Shown: positions 10,360 through 19,577 of the stretch, in pieces
How the letters are laid out: every line of letters starts with the position of its first letter
Numbering within the stretch: position 1 is the first letter of the stretch
Assembly (NCBI GenBank): GCA_942493095.1
Contig: OW818675.1
Coordinates: 2,220,001-2,252,000, forward strand
Direction: 5' to 3'
Length of the DNA stretch: 32,000 nucleotides
DNA from: Candidatus Electronema halotolerans
Lineage (GTDB): Bacteria > Desulfobacterota > Desulfobulbia > Desulfobulbales > Desulfobulbaceae
The notes under the pieces: generated by a model
What the model saw: the letters and a program-made list of their open reading frames with translations, nothing else
The model's database searches: none
Told to the model about the DNA's origin: nothing
Position numbers and translations under genes: made by a program

Positions 10360-13300
10360 ATGATAGACACGTCAATGCTGCCTGATTTTATCATTGAGGC
10401 GCAGGAACATCTGGAGGAGATGGAAGGCAGCCTGCTTCGCCTTGAGCAGCATAAGGGCGGGGACTATCGGGAGATTATGGATGAAATCTTTCGCTCCGCC
10501 CACACCATCAAAGGCGCGGCCCAGTTTGTCGGCATTGACCGGATTGCTGAACTGTCTCACAAGCTGGAAAATCTGCTGGACCTGATCCGCAAGGGCGCGC
10601 AGTCGCTGACCCCGGCGGTCACAGACCTGCTGATTGAGGGCAAGGACCGAATCACCCAGTTGGTCGAGGAGCTGGAAAGCAGCCAGAATGAGGAGTCTGA
10701 GGTGGAGGATCTGCTGATCCGCATCCGCCGGATTGTTGAAGGAGATGCTGCCGAAGAGCCGGAGGAGACAGCTGAAGCAGTCCCGCCGGAGCCGCCTGCC
10801 GAGGAGGAGGAAGAGGAGCCGCAACGTGGCTCGCTGGCTGAAGAAAGCATGAATGAGGAGCATGATGAGGAGCTGTACAACATCTTCCTCCAGCAGCTCA
10901 AGGAAAATATCCCGTTCCTCTATGCGCAGACAGTCGAGCTGTCCCTGTCCGTTGACAAGCAGGATGTGCTCTACCGGTGCGGCGACTCCATCAAGAGCCT
11001 GAAGTCTTCAGCCAATTACATGGGCTATGAAAAGCTGGCCAAGCACTATTCCGACTGGCAGACGGAAATCAGCCGGGCCATTGAGCAGCTCTCCTCCGGC
11101 AAGATGCCTGATCTTGCCTTTATGCAGGAATATATTGATGAAATTATCCGTTCCTTCCCGCAGGCCATGGAAGGCTACGAGCAGGAGGAGAACAAGGGGT
11201 ATGAGGGTGGTCCTCTCCTCCGGCAGGATGAGGCGGCAGTGGAGTCGGATTTTGACCGCTTCTTTGATCAGTCCGATGATGAGGAAGATGAGGACGAAGC
11301 TGCCGCGCCTGCGGAGCCATTGGCCACGGATCTGGATGAAGCCTTGAAAAGCATCTTCTCTGAGGAGGATGAAGAGTCGGAGCTGCCTGCCTCGTCGTCG
11401 GCATTTGTTCCTGCCTTGGCTGAGGAAGAGGAGGAGGAGGACAGCCCTGCTGCTGCCGCGTCTTCTCCGGCGCAGGCGGCGGAACTTCCTCAACTGAAAC
11501 ATGAGATGGACGGGGAGGAGCATGACCAGGAGCTGGTCTCCATTTTTTTAAGAAAACTCCAGACAGATATCCATTTTATCAAGAGCCAGGCTGAACAGCT
11601 TCCTGCTGCTGCGGACAAGCAGGCGCTTGTGCAGGACTGTCAGGACGCGGTGGCTCGGCTGGCTTCTTCAGCCAATTACATGGAATATCAAAGTCTGGCC
11701 ACTTTTTGCAGCGTATGGCGGCAGGCCTTGCAGGAAGATGCGGAACGGCTGGACACTGATGAGGACACTGAACAGGCTGTTGCCACCCTGCGCCGTTTTG
11801 CAGAAGAAATTATTCGTGTTTATCCGCAGGCGGCGGAGAACGACAGAGCTGAGGAAAAACAGCCGCAGAAGGCTGAGGCCAAGGAGCCTGCTGCGGCCAA
11901 GGTTGAGGAGCAGCCGCCTGCCAGTGCTGCTCCGTCTGCTGAGGAAAAGCAGGACGACGCTGACGAAGAAGTGCCTCCGCTGCCGCCTCAACCTGCTGCT
12001 GAGGCTGAGGAGGAGCAGGAGGAGACAGCGGAAGATGATCAGGAGCTGTTCAGCCGCCTCAGCAGTGCCTTGGAGCAAAACATGTCCCAAAGCGGCACGG
12101 CCCTGCCTGATGATCATGTTGACAGCGTGATTGAGCAGATCATGGACAAGCAGGATGGCAAAGAGGTGGCTGCGCCAGTGCCTCCGCCTGAAGCGGATGA
12201 GGGAGAGGAGCTGGCTGAAGGAGCCGCTGCCCTGCTCTCCAAGCCGCAGCCTTCGCCAGCGGAAAAAAAGAAAAAAGCATTGCCAGCCGCTGTTGCTACT
12301 CCGCCGCAGGAGGAGAAGAAGGCGGATGCGCAAGAGCCGAAGTCTGAAGCCGAGAAAAAGGAGCAGGCGCAAGCTGATCATGCCGTGCCTGAGCCGCCTG
12401 CTGCGGCCAAAAAAGTCACGACAGACGAGAAGTCGGAACAGCCGCTTGTTCCTGATGCCTTGGAGGAAGAGGCTGGAGAGGAAGAGGCGGAAGCTGAAAC
12501 AGAGGAGAAGCAGGCCGCAAGCACTGCGAAAAAGCCGAGCGCCCGCAGCAGCATCCGAGTTGATGCCGACAAAATCGACTACCTGATGAATCAGGTCGGG
12601 GAGCTGGTTGTCAGCAGGGCCTATTTCGCCCAGTTAGTCAACGAGATGCGCAGCTTGCAGCAGGAGCTGATGGAAAAATCCCGTCTGAGCAAAGGCGAGA
12701 TGAAGCCGCTGCATGAATTTGCCTTCCGTCTCAGCGAGGCAGGCGTGCATCTGGGCCGGGTCTCGAACGAGCTGCAGGAAGGCGTGATGAAGATCAGAAT
12801 GCTGCCCATAGAGCAGCTCTTCAAGCGCTATCCCCGGCTGGTACGCGATCTGACCCACCGGACAGACAAGGATGTCCGCCTGATCACCAAAGGCGAGGAA
12901 ACTGAGCTGGATAAAATGGTCATCGAATCCATGTCTGATCCGCTGATCCATATTATCCGCAATGCGGTCGATCATGGCATTGAGACCACAACGGAACGGA
13001 AACAGCTCGGCAAGCCCGCGCAAGGCTCGCTGCTTCTCGAAGCCTACCACGAGAGCGATCATATTGTCTTGGAAATCACTGATGACGGCAGAGGCATCGA
13101 CCCGCAGCGCATCCGGGCCAAGGCGGCGGCAAAGGGCCTGTACACCAGCGAGGAGCTGGCCCGCATGTCTGATCTGGAAGTGCTCCGCATCATCATGGAG
13201 CCGGGCTTCAGCACTGCTGAGAAGGCCACCGAGACCTCAGGCCGGGGCGTGGGCATGGATGTGGTCAAAAAGAACATCGAACGCCTGAACGGCATGATCG

Positions 13301-13869
13301 AGATCAGCTCCAAGCCTGGCAAAGGCACGAGGATGCGGATCAAGATTCCGCTGACCATGGCCATCATCCAAGCCCTGATGGTCCGGGTGGGCCGGGAGAA
13401 ATTCACCATTCCGCTGACCACGGTTGAGGAGACCCTGCGCATTTTCCGCCATGAAATTTCCGTGATCGAAGGCGTGGATGTCATCCATATCCGCGACATC
13501 ACCATGCCCATTTTCCGTCTGGACAAAATTTACCATATCAACCGCGCCGAGGAGGATGAGGAGAAAATGTTCGTGGTCGTGGTCAGCACCGGCACCCAAG
13601 AAGTGGGTTTGGTTGTTGATGAGCTCCTTGGCCAGGAGGAGGTGGTCATCAAGCCGCTCGCTGACTACCTGCGGCAGGAAAGCGGTTTTGGTGGAGCCAC
13701 CATTCTCGGTGACGGCGGCATCTCGCTGATTCTTGACATTCCTGAATTAGTCAAGCTGGCTGCTGACGATCAGGCCGACAGGCAGGAGGAGCGGGCCAGA
13801 ACCTACCAGCGCAAACGGCGGAAACGGGCAGCAGGCACTGAGGCGGCGCAGGCGCAGACTGCGCAGTAA
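10360..13869 (+). CDS. cheA: CheA-type histidine kinase with one intact Hpt, two degenerate Hpt-like domains and a long Pro/Glu/Ala-rich linker
   Basis: ATG at 10360 puts the active histidine at His48 (RSAHTIKGAAQFVGI); kinase motifs LIHIIRNAVDHGIE, ITDDGRGIDPQ, GFSTAEKATETSGRGVGMDVVKKNIE; C-terminal CheW-like domain. ORF track starts upstream at TTG 10333. Confidence 0.93.
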   Translation: MIDTSMLPDFIIEAQEHLEEMEGSLLRLEQHKGGDYREIMDEIFRSAHTIKGAAQFVGIDRIAELSHKLENLLDLIRKGAQSLTPAVTDLLIEGKDRITQLVEELESSQNEESEVEDLLIRIRRIVEGDAAEEPEETAEAVPPEPPAEEEEEEPQRGSLAEESMNEEHDEELYNIFLQQLKENIPFLYAQTVELSLSVDKQDVLYRCGDSIKSLKSSANYMGYEKLAKHYSDWQTEISRAIEQLSSGKMPDLAFMQEYIDEIIRSFPQAMEGYEQEENKGYEGGPLLRQDEAAVESDFDRFFDQSDDEEDEDEAAAPAEPLATDLDEALKSIFSEEDEESELPASSSAFVPALAEEEEEEDSPAAAASSPAQAAELPQLKHEMDGEEHDQELVSIFLRKLQTDIHFIKSQAEQLPAAADKQALVQDCQDAVARLASSANYMEYQSLATFCSVWRQALQEDAERLDTDEDTEQAVATLRRFAEEIIRVYPQAAENDRAEEKQPQKAEAKEPAAAKVEEQPPASAAPSAEEKQDDADEEVPPLPPQPAAEAEEEQEETAEDDQELFSRLSSALEQNMSQSGTALPDDHVDSVIEQIMDKQDGKEVAAPVPPPEADEGEELAEGAAALLSKPQPSPAEKKKKALPAAVATPPQEEKKADAQEPKSEAEKKEQAQADHAVPEPPAAAKKVTTDEKSEQPLVPDALEEEAGEEEAEAETEEKQAASTAKKPSARSSIRVDADKIDYLMNQVGELVVSRAYFAQLVNEMRSLQQELMEKSRLSKGEMKPLHEFAFRLSEAGVHLGRVSNELQEGVMKIRMLPIEQLFKRYPRLVRDLTHRTDKDVRLITKGEETELDKMVIESMSDPLIHIIRNAVDHGIETTTERKQLGKPAQGSLLLEAYHESDHIVLEITDDGRGIDPQRIRAKAAAKGLYTSEELARMSDLEVLRIIMEPGFSTAEKATETSGRGVGMDVVKKNIERLNGMIEISSKPGKGTRMRIKIPLTMAIIQALMVRVGREKFTIPLTTVEETLRIFRHEISVIEGVDVIHIRDITMPIFRLDKIYHINRAEEDEEKMFVVVVSTGTQEVGLVVDELLGQEEVVIKPLADYLRQESGFGGATILGDGGISLILDIPELVKLAADDQADRQEERARTYQRKRRKRAAGTEAAQAQTAQ

Positions 13870-13938
13870 GCAGGCGGCTTGCTGGTGAAGACGCAGGCTT
13901 CGCCTGTTCATCGCATGGAGGCTGAAAACAGGAGCGGC

Positions 13939-14970
13939 ATGGACAGAAAATATAAAGTTCTTGTGGTGGATGATGCCACCTTCATGACCAAGGCGATCAG
14001 CGATCTGCTGGAATCTGATCCTGAGATCGAAGTCATTGGCGTGGCGCGCAACGGTCTGGAAGGGCTGAAAAAAATCAAGGAGCTGCATCCTGATGTCATC
14101 ACGCTGGACATTGACATGCCAGTGATGGACGGACTACAGGCCATCCGGCACATCATGATCGAGTCGCCAGTGCCGATTGTGGTGCTCAGTTCTTTGTTCA
14201 GTGACGGCTCCATCACCTTTGAAGCCCTGCGGCTGGGCGTGGTTGATTTTGTCGCCAAGCCTTCCGGGGCCATATCAAGCGACATTCATGTGGCCAAGCA
14301 GCAGATTGTCGGCAGGATCAAATTAGCCACTGCGGTCAATTTTCAAAACATCCGCCGGGTGCGGGTCAAACCGCAGCCGCAGCAGGCAGGAGAAAAGGAA
14401 AATTCCAGCTTCAGCTCCATGCTGGTCATTGGCACCTCGCTCACCGGGCCGAATTCCTTTATTCGGCTGATGACCCGGCTGGAGGCGGGCCTTTCCGCCG
14501 CCGCCGTGATCATGCTGGAGATTTCGCCCAAGATTCTCCATGCCTTTGTTGAACGCTTCAATGAGTTCACAAGCTGGAAAATTGCTGTGGCCGAGCATGA
14601 CAAAATTCTCAAGCGGGGAGTCTGTTATATTCAGTCCAACCTGCATTCGCTGACAGTGGCGTTCAACGAATACGGCGATCCCTGCTTCAAAACCGGCGCG
14701 CCGACAACCAATCCCTTGGACACCTTGTTTGTTTCCGCTGCCGAGATATTTGCTGAAAAAACCGTCGGGGTGCTGCTGACCGGGTACGGTGATGACGGCT
14801 CTGAGGGCTTTGCCGCCATTCAGGCCAAAGGCGGTACCACCATTGTCCAAAGCGTGGAGAGCTGCATCTATCCGAATCTGGCGGCAATGGCCATTCAACG
14901 CAAGCTGGTGGACATGGCTGTGGAAGAGGACAAACTTGCTGAAGCCATCAGTTCAGTCATAAAAAAATAA
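13939..14970 (+). CDS. Receiver plus CheB-like protein with degenerate active site
   Basis: ATG 13939 preceded by aggag; KVLVVDDATFMTKAI, VITLD57IDMPVMDG, VAKPSG; CheB-like LVIGTSLTGPNSF...VIMLEISPK...LLTGYGDDGSEG: Ser and Asp kept, His replaced by Glu. ORF track start is TTG at 13879. Confidence 0.85.
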   Translation: MDRKYKVLVVDDATFMTKAISDLLESDPEIEVIGVARNGLEGLKKIKELHPDVITLDIDMPVMDGLQAIRHIMIESPVPIVVLSSLFSDGSITFEALRLGVVDFVAKPSGAISSDIHVAKQQIVGRIKLATAVNFQNIRRVRVKPQPQQAGEKENSSFSSMLVIGTSLTGPNSFIRLMTRLEAGLSAAAVIMLEISPKILHAFVERFNEFTSWKIAVAEHDKILKRGVCYIQSNLHSLTVAFNEYGDPCFKTGAPTTNPLDTLFVSAAEIFAEKTVGVLLTGYGDDGSEGFAAIQAKGGTTIVQSVESCIYPNLAAMAIQRKLVDMAVEEDKLAEAISSVIKK

Positions 14971-15012
14971 ACAGCTTCCGAACATGCCGGGCAGGCGGCA
15001 GGAAACAAGATC

Positions 15013-15927
15013 ATGATCATCACATGTGAACAGTGCAAGACCAGATACAAGCTCGCTGACAGCATGCTGGACAAACCGGAGCTGAAGGTGCGCTGTCATA
15101 AATGCGGCTTCCGCTTCACCGTGCAGCGTCCTGCTTTGGCTGAAGAGTCGATTCTGCTCCAAGATGAGCTGCATCCTGACTACAGCCGGATCATTGCGGT
15201 CAGCAATCAGAAGGGCGGAGTGGCCAAGACCACCACCTGTCTCAATCTTGGCGCGGCCTTTGCCAAAATGGGCAAAAAGGTCCTGCTGATTGACTTTGAC
15301 GTGCAGGCCAATCTGACCGTTCTCCTCGGCCTGCGCGGCGTGAAAACCTTTTACGATGTCTTGAGCGGCGGTGTCAAAAAAATTGGCGAGGCTGTGGTGC
15401 GGACCAAATATCCCAACATTTCCCTGCTGCCCTCCAGCAGCAGAATGGCTCTGCTGAAAAAACAGTATCTCAGCCAGCACAACTTTGAATACCTGCTCCG
15501 CGACCGGCTGAAAAGCATCCAGGACAACTATGACCATATTTTGATCGATACGCCGCCCTCGATTGAATTTTTCACCCTCAACGCCTTGGTGGCCGCCAAC
15601 TTAGTCATCATCCCAACCACCTGCGAGTATCTCTCCATGCACGGAGTCAGTCAGGTGCATGACATCATCAAAGTGCTGAAGAAACGAGTCAACCAGGACG
15701 TGGAATGCAAGGTGCTGATCACCATGCGCAACTCCAAAAGCACCTCGGAAAAGGTGATTTACGGCAAGCTGCGCCAGACCTGCGGCGACAGTCTCTTCAG
15801 AAGCGTGATTGATGCGGATGACCAGATGCAGGAATCCCATATTGTCAATGCCCCGCTCAGTTATTACGCGGAAAACAGCCGGGCGGCCAAGCAGTACATG
15901 CAGCTTGCTGAGGAAATTGCCGGATGA
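15013..15927 (+). CDS. ParA/MinD-family ATPase with N-terminal MJ0042-type zinc finger
   Basis: ITCEQCKTRYKLAD...LKVRCHKCGFRFTV (CxxC...CxxC) followed by deviant Walker A VSNQKGGVAKTTTCLNLG and ILIDTPPS. Confidence 0.9.
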   Translation: MIITCEQCKTRYKLADSMLDKPELKVRCHKCGFRFTVQRPALAEESILLQDELHPDYSRIIAVSNQKGGVAKTTTCLNLGAAFAKMGKKVLLIDFDVQANLTVLLGLRGVKTFYDVLSGGVKKIGEAVVRTKYPNISLLPSSSRMALLKKQYLSQHNFEYLLRDRLKSIQDNYDHILIDTPPSIEFFTLNALVAANLVIIPTTCEYLSMHGVSQVHDIIKVLKKRVNQDVECKVLITMRNSKSTSEKVIYGKLRQTCGDSLFRSVIDADDQMQESHIVNAPLSYYAENSRAAKQYMQLAEEIAG

Positions 15928-16688
15928 GCGCGCTTGCTGAAAAAATCGCCCCCTTTCTCTCCTTTACTGTTCTGATCATTGCCTGGGAGCTGGCGGTCCG
16001 TCTCGGCGGCCTGAACACCAATTCCCTGCCCAGCCCCAGTCAGGTTTTTCTCAGCATGATTGAGCTGATCCGCAACGGAGCCATTTTCAAGCACACCGTG
16101 GCCAGTCTCTTCCGGGTCACTGCCGGATTTTATTTGTCCGCCCTACTCGGCATTCCCATCGGCATCATTCTTGGCCGAAGTCAGACCTTGGCCATGCTCT
16201 TCAATCCGATCATTCATTTTCTCCGGCCCATTTCTCCGCTGGCATGGATTCCTTTAGCCATGCTCTGGTTCGGCATCGGCGATCAGCCAGCCATTTTTCT
16301 CATCTTTCTGTCCAGCTTTTTTCCGATTGTGGTCTCCACTGCCGTGGCCGTGCAGTCCATCAATCCGACCTATTTTCATGTGGCTGCCAACTTTGACTTC
16401 AGCCGGACCGAGGTGATTGCAAAAATTGTCATTCCAGCAATTGTTCCCGACATCATCACTGCCCTCCGTCTGACCGTGACCATTTCTTGGATCGTGGTGG
16501 TGGCGGCGGAAATGATCGCGGTGCAGTCCGGGCTGGGCTATTTGATTCTTGATGCCCGCAACGGCCTGCGCATGGATTATGTCTTGGACGGCATGATTGT
16601 CATCGGCCTGATCGGCATTTTTCTTGATGCCATCATGCGGCGGCTGGGCCAGATTGATTCCGCCTCCTGGGGCATCCGCCAGATGTGA
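15924..16688 (+). CDS. ABC transporter permease, SsuC/TauC-like
   Basis: Six-TM-like permease; RPISPLAWIPLAMLWFGIGDQPAIFLIFLSSFFPI is the typical EAA-like region of nitrate/sulfonate/taurine permeases; ATGA overlap with the ParA-like gene. Confidence 0.9.
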   Translation: MSALAEKIAPFLSFTVLIIAWELAVRLGGLNTNSLPSPSQVFLSMIELIRNGAIFKHTVASLFRVTAGFYLSALLGIPIGIILGRSQTLAMLFNPIIHFLRPISPLAWIPLAMLWFGIGDQPAIFLIFLSSFFPIVVSTAVAVQSINPTYFHVAANFDFSRTEVIAKIVIPAIVPDIITALRLTVTISWIVVVAAEMIAVQSGLGYLILDARNGLRMDYVLDGMIVIGLIGIFLDAIMRRLGQIDSASWGIRQM

Positions 16689-16699
16689 AGGAAAGCATA

Positions 16700-17494
16700 A
16701 TGGGACATATTCAAATATCAGGCCTGAACAAGGACTTTGTCAATCGCCGCCACACCAAGCGCGACGATGACCCGGCCCATTTTGGCCAAGTGGTGCCGGT
16801 GCTGGAGGACATCAACATTGAGATTGAGGACGGCGAGATGGTCTGCTTCCTCGGTCCCTCTGGCTGCGGCAAATCCACCCTGATGCGCATTGTCGCGGGC
16901 TTTGACCGGCAAAGCTCCGGTTCGGTCAAGATTGACGGCCAGGAAATCACCGGCCCCAGCTCAGACAACATCTTTGTTTTTCAGCACAGCGGCCTGCTGC
17001 CGTGGATGACAGTCTGGCAGAATGTGGAGCTGGGTCTGCGCAATATGGAGGACAAAAACGAGCAGTGCGAAAAAATTCAGGAATACATCGAAATGGTTGA
17101 GCTGGAAGGCTTTGAGGATCACTATCCGCATCAGCTTTCCGGCGGCATGCTGCGCCGGGCCGAGCTGGCCCGCGCCTTGGTGGTCAACCCGGACATCCTG
17201 ATCATGGACGAGCCGTTCAGCGGCCTCGACTTCCTCACCCACATGAAGCTGCGCGAGGAAGTGGTCAACATGCACCAGTTTCTTGGCAAGACCATTCTTG
17301 TTGTCACCCACGACATTGACGATGCCTTGGTCATGGGCGACCGAATTATTGTCTTCAGCCGCAGACCCTCGCAGATCAAGATGAACCGCAAGCTCGACTT
17401 TCCCCATCCGCGCAATTTCTTCAAGAAGAATCACGGATTAGCCAAACTGCGGGATGAGCTGTTCTTCATGCTGGGAGTGAACTATGCGGTTTAA
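16700..17494 (+). CDS. ABC transporter ATPase, SsuB/TauB-like
   Basis: Walker A FLGPSGCGKSTLMRIVAG, signature LSGGMLRRAELARALVVNPDILIMDEP; RBS aaggaaag before ATG 16700 (ORF track start 16685). Confidence 0.93.
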   Translation: MGHIQISGLNKDFVNRRHTKRDDDPAHFGQVVPVLEDINIEIEDGEMVCFLGPSGCGKSTLMRIVAGFDRQSSGSVKIDGQEITGPSSDNIFVFQHSGLLPWMTVWQNVELGLRNMEDKNEQCEKIQEYIEMVELEGFEDHYPHQLSGGMLRRAELARALVVNPDILIMDEPFSGLDFLTHMKLREEVVNMHQFLGKTILVVTHDIDDALVMGDRIIVFSRRPSQIKMNRKLDFPHPRNFFKKNHGLAKLRDELFFMLGVNYAV

Positions 17495-18587
17495 GCAGAA
17501 ATTGCTCCTCGGCTGGCTGAAGAGAATTGCTACGCTTTACAGGCTGGCGCTGACTTCTTGGCGAAAACTGGCCCAAGGCTGGCGGCTGACAGTCGGCGCA
17601 GTCGTCTGGCTGATCCTGATCTCAGTGCTTCATTTCTGGCTCAATTTTGATCACGGCAGCCGCCAGATTGTCGCAATGGGCTACATGCCGGTCATCACCA
17701 ATATGGCAGCCCCGCTTTTAGACTATGTGAGCAAGGACAAAGGCGATATTTATTTTAAAGCCCTCAAGTTCAGCGCCTTTGCCGAAATGGCCGAGGCCCT
17801 GCGCAATGACGAGATTCAGGCCGCCTTCATCATTGCCCCGCTCTCCATCGTGCTCCGGCAGCAGGGCGAGGATGTGAAGGTGGTCTATATCGGCAACCGC
17901 CATGAAAGCTCCTTGGTGGCGAGAAAAAGCCTCCACATCAGCAGTGAGTCCAGCGTGGCCGGCAAACTGCGCGGCCTGATCGGCAAAACCGTGGCTGTGC
18001 CCATGCGTTTTTCCGGCCATAACCTCAGTCTGCGGGAGCTGATGGACAAATATGGTCTGACTGGCCAGATCAACATTGTGGAGATGAATCCGCCGGACAT
18101 GGCTTCAGCCTTGGCCAGCAAATCTGATCTGGCTGCCTACTATGTCGGCGAGCCATTCGCCTCCAAAACGTTGAAGAACGATCTTTCTGACTTGGTCTTT
18201 CATGTGGAGGAGGTCTGGCCTTCGTTCATCTGCAATTTAGTCCTTGTCAAACAGAGCACCATTGACCGGGACCCGGAGGCAGTGCGGCGGCTGGTGGAGG
18301 GAGCGGCCCGCTCCGGCCTCTGGGCGGAAACGCATCAGGATCAGGCGGCGGCAATATCGGCCCAATACTGGTCGCAGCCTGCGGACTTGGTGAAATATGC
18401 GCTTCAGGGGAGAAAAGTGATTTTTGATCAATATCTTCCCAAAGAGAAAGAGATGCAGGAAATTGCCGACCTGATGGTCAAGCATGGCCTGATTGAGGAC
18501 AACAGGATTGACGGGCTGGTTGACGCTCACTTTGCCGCTGCGGTGAAAAAGGAGCCTGTTGACAGCTTGGATGCTATTTTGCCGTAA
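17484..18587 (+). CDS. Membrane-anchored substrate-binding protein, SsuA/TauA/NrtA (NMT1)-like
   Basis: N-terminal TM (LTVGAVVWLILISVLHFWLNF), then IVAMGYMPVITNMAAPLL...EMAEALRNDEIQAAFIIAPLSIVLRQQGEDVKVV typical of NMT1/SsuA-type binding proteins; follows the permease/ATPase genes. Confidence 0.82.
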   Translation: MRFKQKLLLGWLKRIATLYRLALTSWRKLAQGWRLTVGAVVWLILISVLHFWLNFDHGSRQIVAMGYMPVITNMAAPLLDYVSKDKGDIYFKALKFSAFAEMAEALRNDEIQAAFIIAPLSIVLRQQGEDVKVVYIGNRHESSLVARKSLHISSESSVAGKLRGLIGKTVAVPMRFSGHNLSLRELMDKYGLTGQINIVEMNPPDMASALASKSDLAAYYVGEPFASKTLKNDLSDLVFHVEEVWPSFICNLVLVKQSTIDRDPEAVRRLVEGAARSGLWAETHQDQAAAISAQYWSQPADLVKYALQGRKVIFDQYLPKEKEMQEIADLMVKHGLIEDNRIDGLVDAHFAAAVKKEPVDSLDAILP

Positions 18588-18604
18588 CAAAAGGAAGATG
18601 GACT

Positions 18605-19027
18605 ATGACCGCTGTGAAAACGGAAAACAGACGCAAAGCTCCCAGACTTGAACGGCAGGCAGCCCTGCTCGTCACCAAGCTCCAGTATCCCATGACCAAT
18701 CTGGAGGCCAAGCCCGCAGTCACGAAAAATCTGGCTGAACACGGCCTCTGCTTCACGGCTGGCGAGCTGTATGAGCCAGGAGCGATCCTCCAGCTTGCCA
18801 TTGACCTGCGCGGCTGGCAGCAGTATCTGAACAATATTATTGCGGTGCTCGACACCGGCTCGGTGTCCAAACCGCTGACCGCCATTGCCGAGGTGATCTG
18901 GGCCCAGCAGCTCCAAGACAAGGAGCAGTACGAGATTGGAGTCCGTTTCAAGGATATTTACGAAGACGATTTGAAAGCCTTTAAACAATATTTGACCAAG
19001 CTGTTCAGTCAGCAGGAGCAGGACTGA
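18605..19027 (+). CDS. PilZ-like domain protein (second motif degenerate)
   Basis: NRRKAPRLER (RxxxR) followed by TKNLAEHGLCF in the position of (D/N)xSxxG with Ser->Ala. Confidence 0.65.
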   Translation: MTAVKTENRRKAPRLERQAALLVTKLQYPMTNLEAKPAVTKNLAEHGLCFTAGELYEPGAILQLAIDLRGWQQYLNNIIAVLDTGSVSKPLTAIAEVIWAQQLQDKEQYEIGVRFKDIYEDDLKAFKQYLTKLFSQQEQD

Positions 19028-19040
19028 CAGACTGAGCAGC

Positions 19041-19577
19041 ATGAATTTCCTTCCCAAAAGCGGCCTGCAGCGCCAGATGGGGTTTTATATTCTTTTCATC
19101 GGCATTGTCTTCCTGACCATGGCCGTGGAAATGGAACGCTTTCTTCGCGGCGACGAGGTGCTGGGCCTGCTTCAAGAACAGATGGGCAGCAGGCCGGCGC
19201 TGGAGCTGGTGGGGCTGATTCTGCTCAAAGTCCGGGTGATGGCGAGCATTCTTCTCTTGGCCATTGGTCTGGTGATGATGCTCTTCATCAAGCGGATACT
19301 TTTTCCCTTGGAGCAGATCATCGAGCGGACACGGGCGATGAGCGCAGGTGACTTTTCCGTGGCCCTGCCTGAAGAGAGCAAAGACGAGCTGGGCGAGCTG
19401 GCCCGGCATATCAATGATCTGAACGCCAATGAGCAGGAGCTGATCCTGTTGGTGAAAAACATGGCCGAGCAGCTCCGTCTGACCTTGGCGAAAGGCGACG
19501 TTGATGAGGCTATGGAGCTGCTCAACGAGCTGGACGAGACACTGGCTGAATTTGGCAGGAGCTTTTATCGGTGCTGA
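19041..19577 (+). CDS. Membrane protein with two TM helices and HAMP-like domain, no output domain
   Basis: MGFYILFIGIVFLTMAVEM and VRVMASILLLAIGLVMMLFI, then ILFPLEQIIERTRAMSAGDFSVALPEESKDELGELARHINDL (HAMP). Confidence 0.75.
   Translation: MNFLPKSGLQRQMGFYILFIGIVFLTMAVEMERFLRGDEVLGLLQEQMGSRPALELVGLILLKVRVMASILLLAIGLVMMLFIKRILFPLEQIIERTRAMSAGDFSVALPEESKDELGELARHINDLNANEQELILLVKNMAEQLRLTLAKGDVDEAMELLNELDETLAEFGRSFYRC

Noticed and set aside
11668-12381. Leu/Arg-rich minus-strand ORF and 11627-12586 plus-strand alternate-frame ORFs
   Set aside because: Arise from the low-complexity Glu/Ala/Pro linker of CheA read in other frames.
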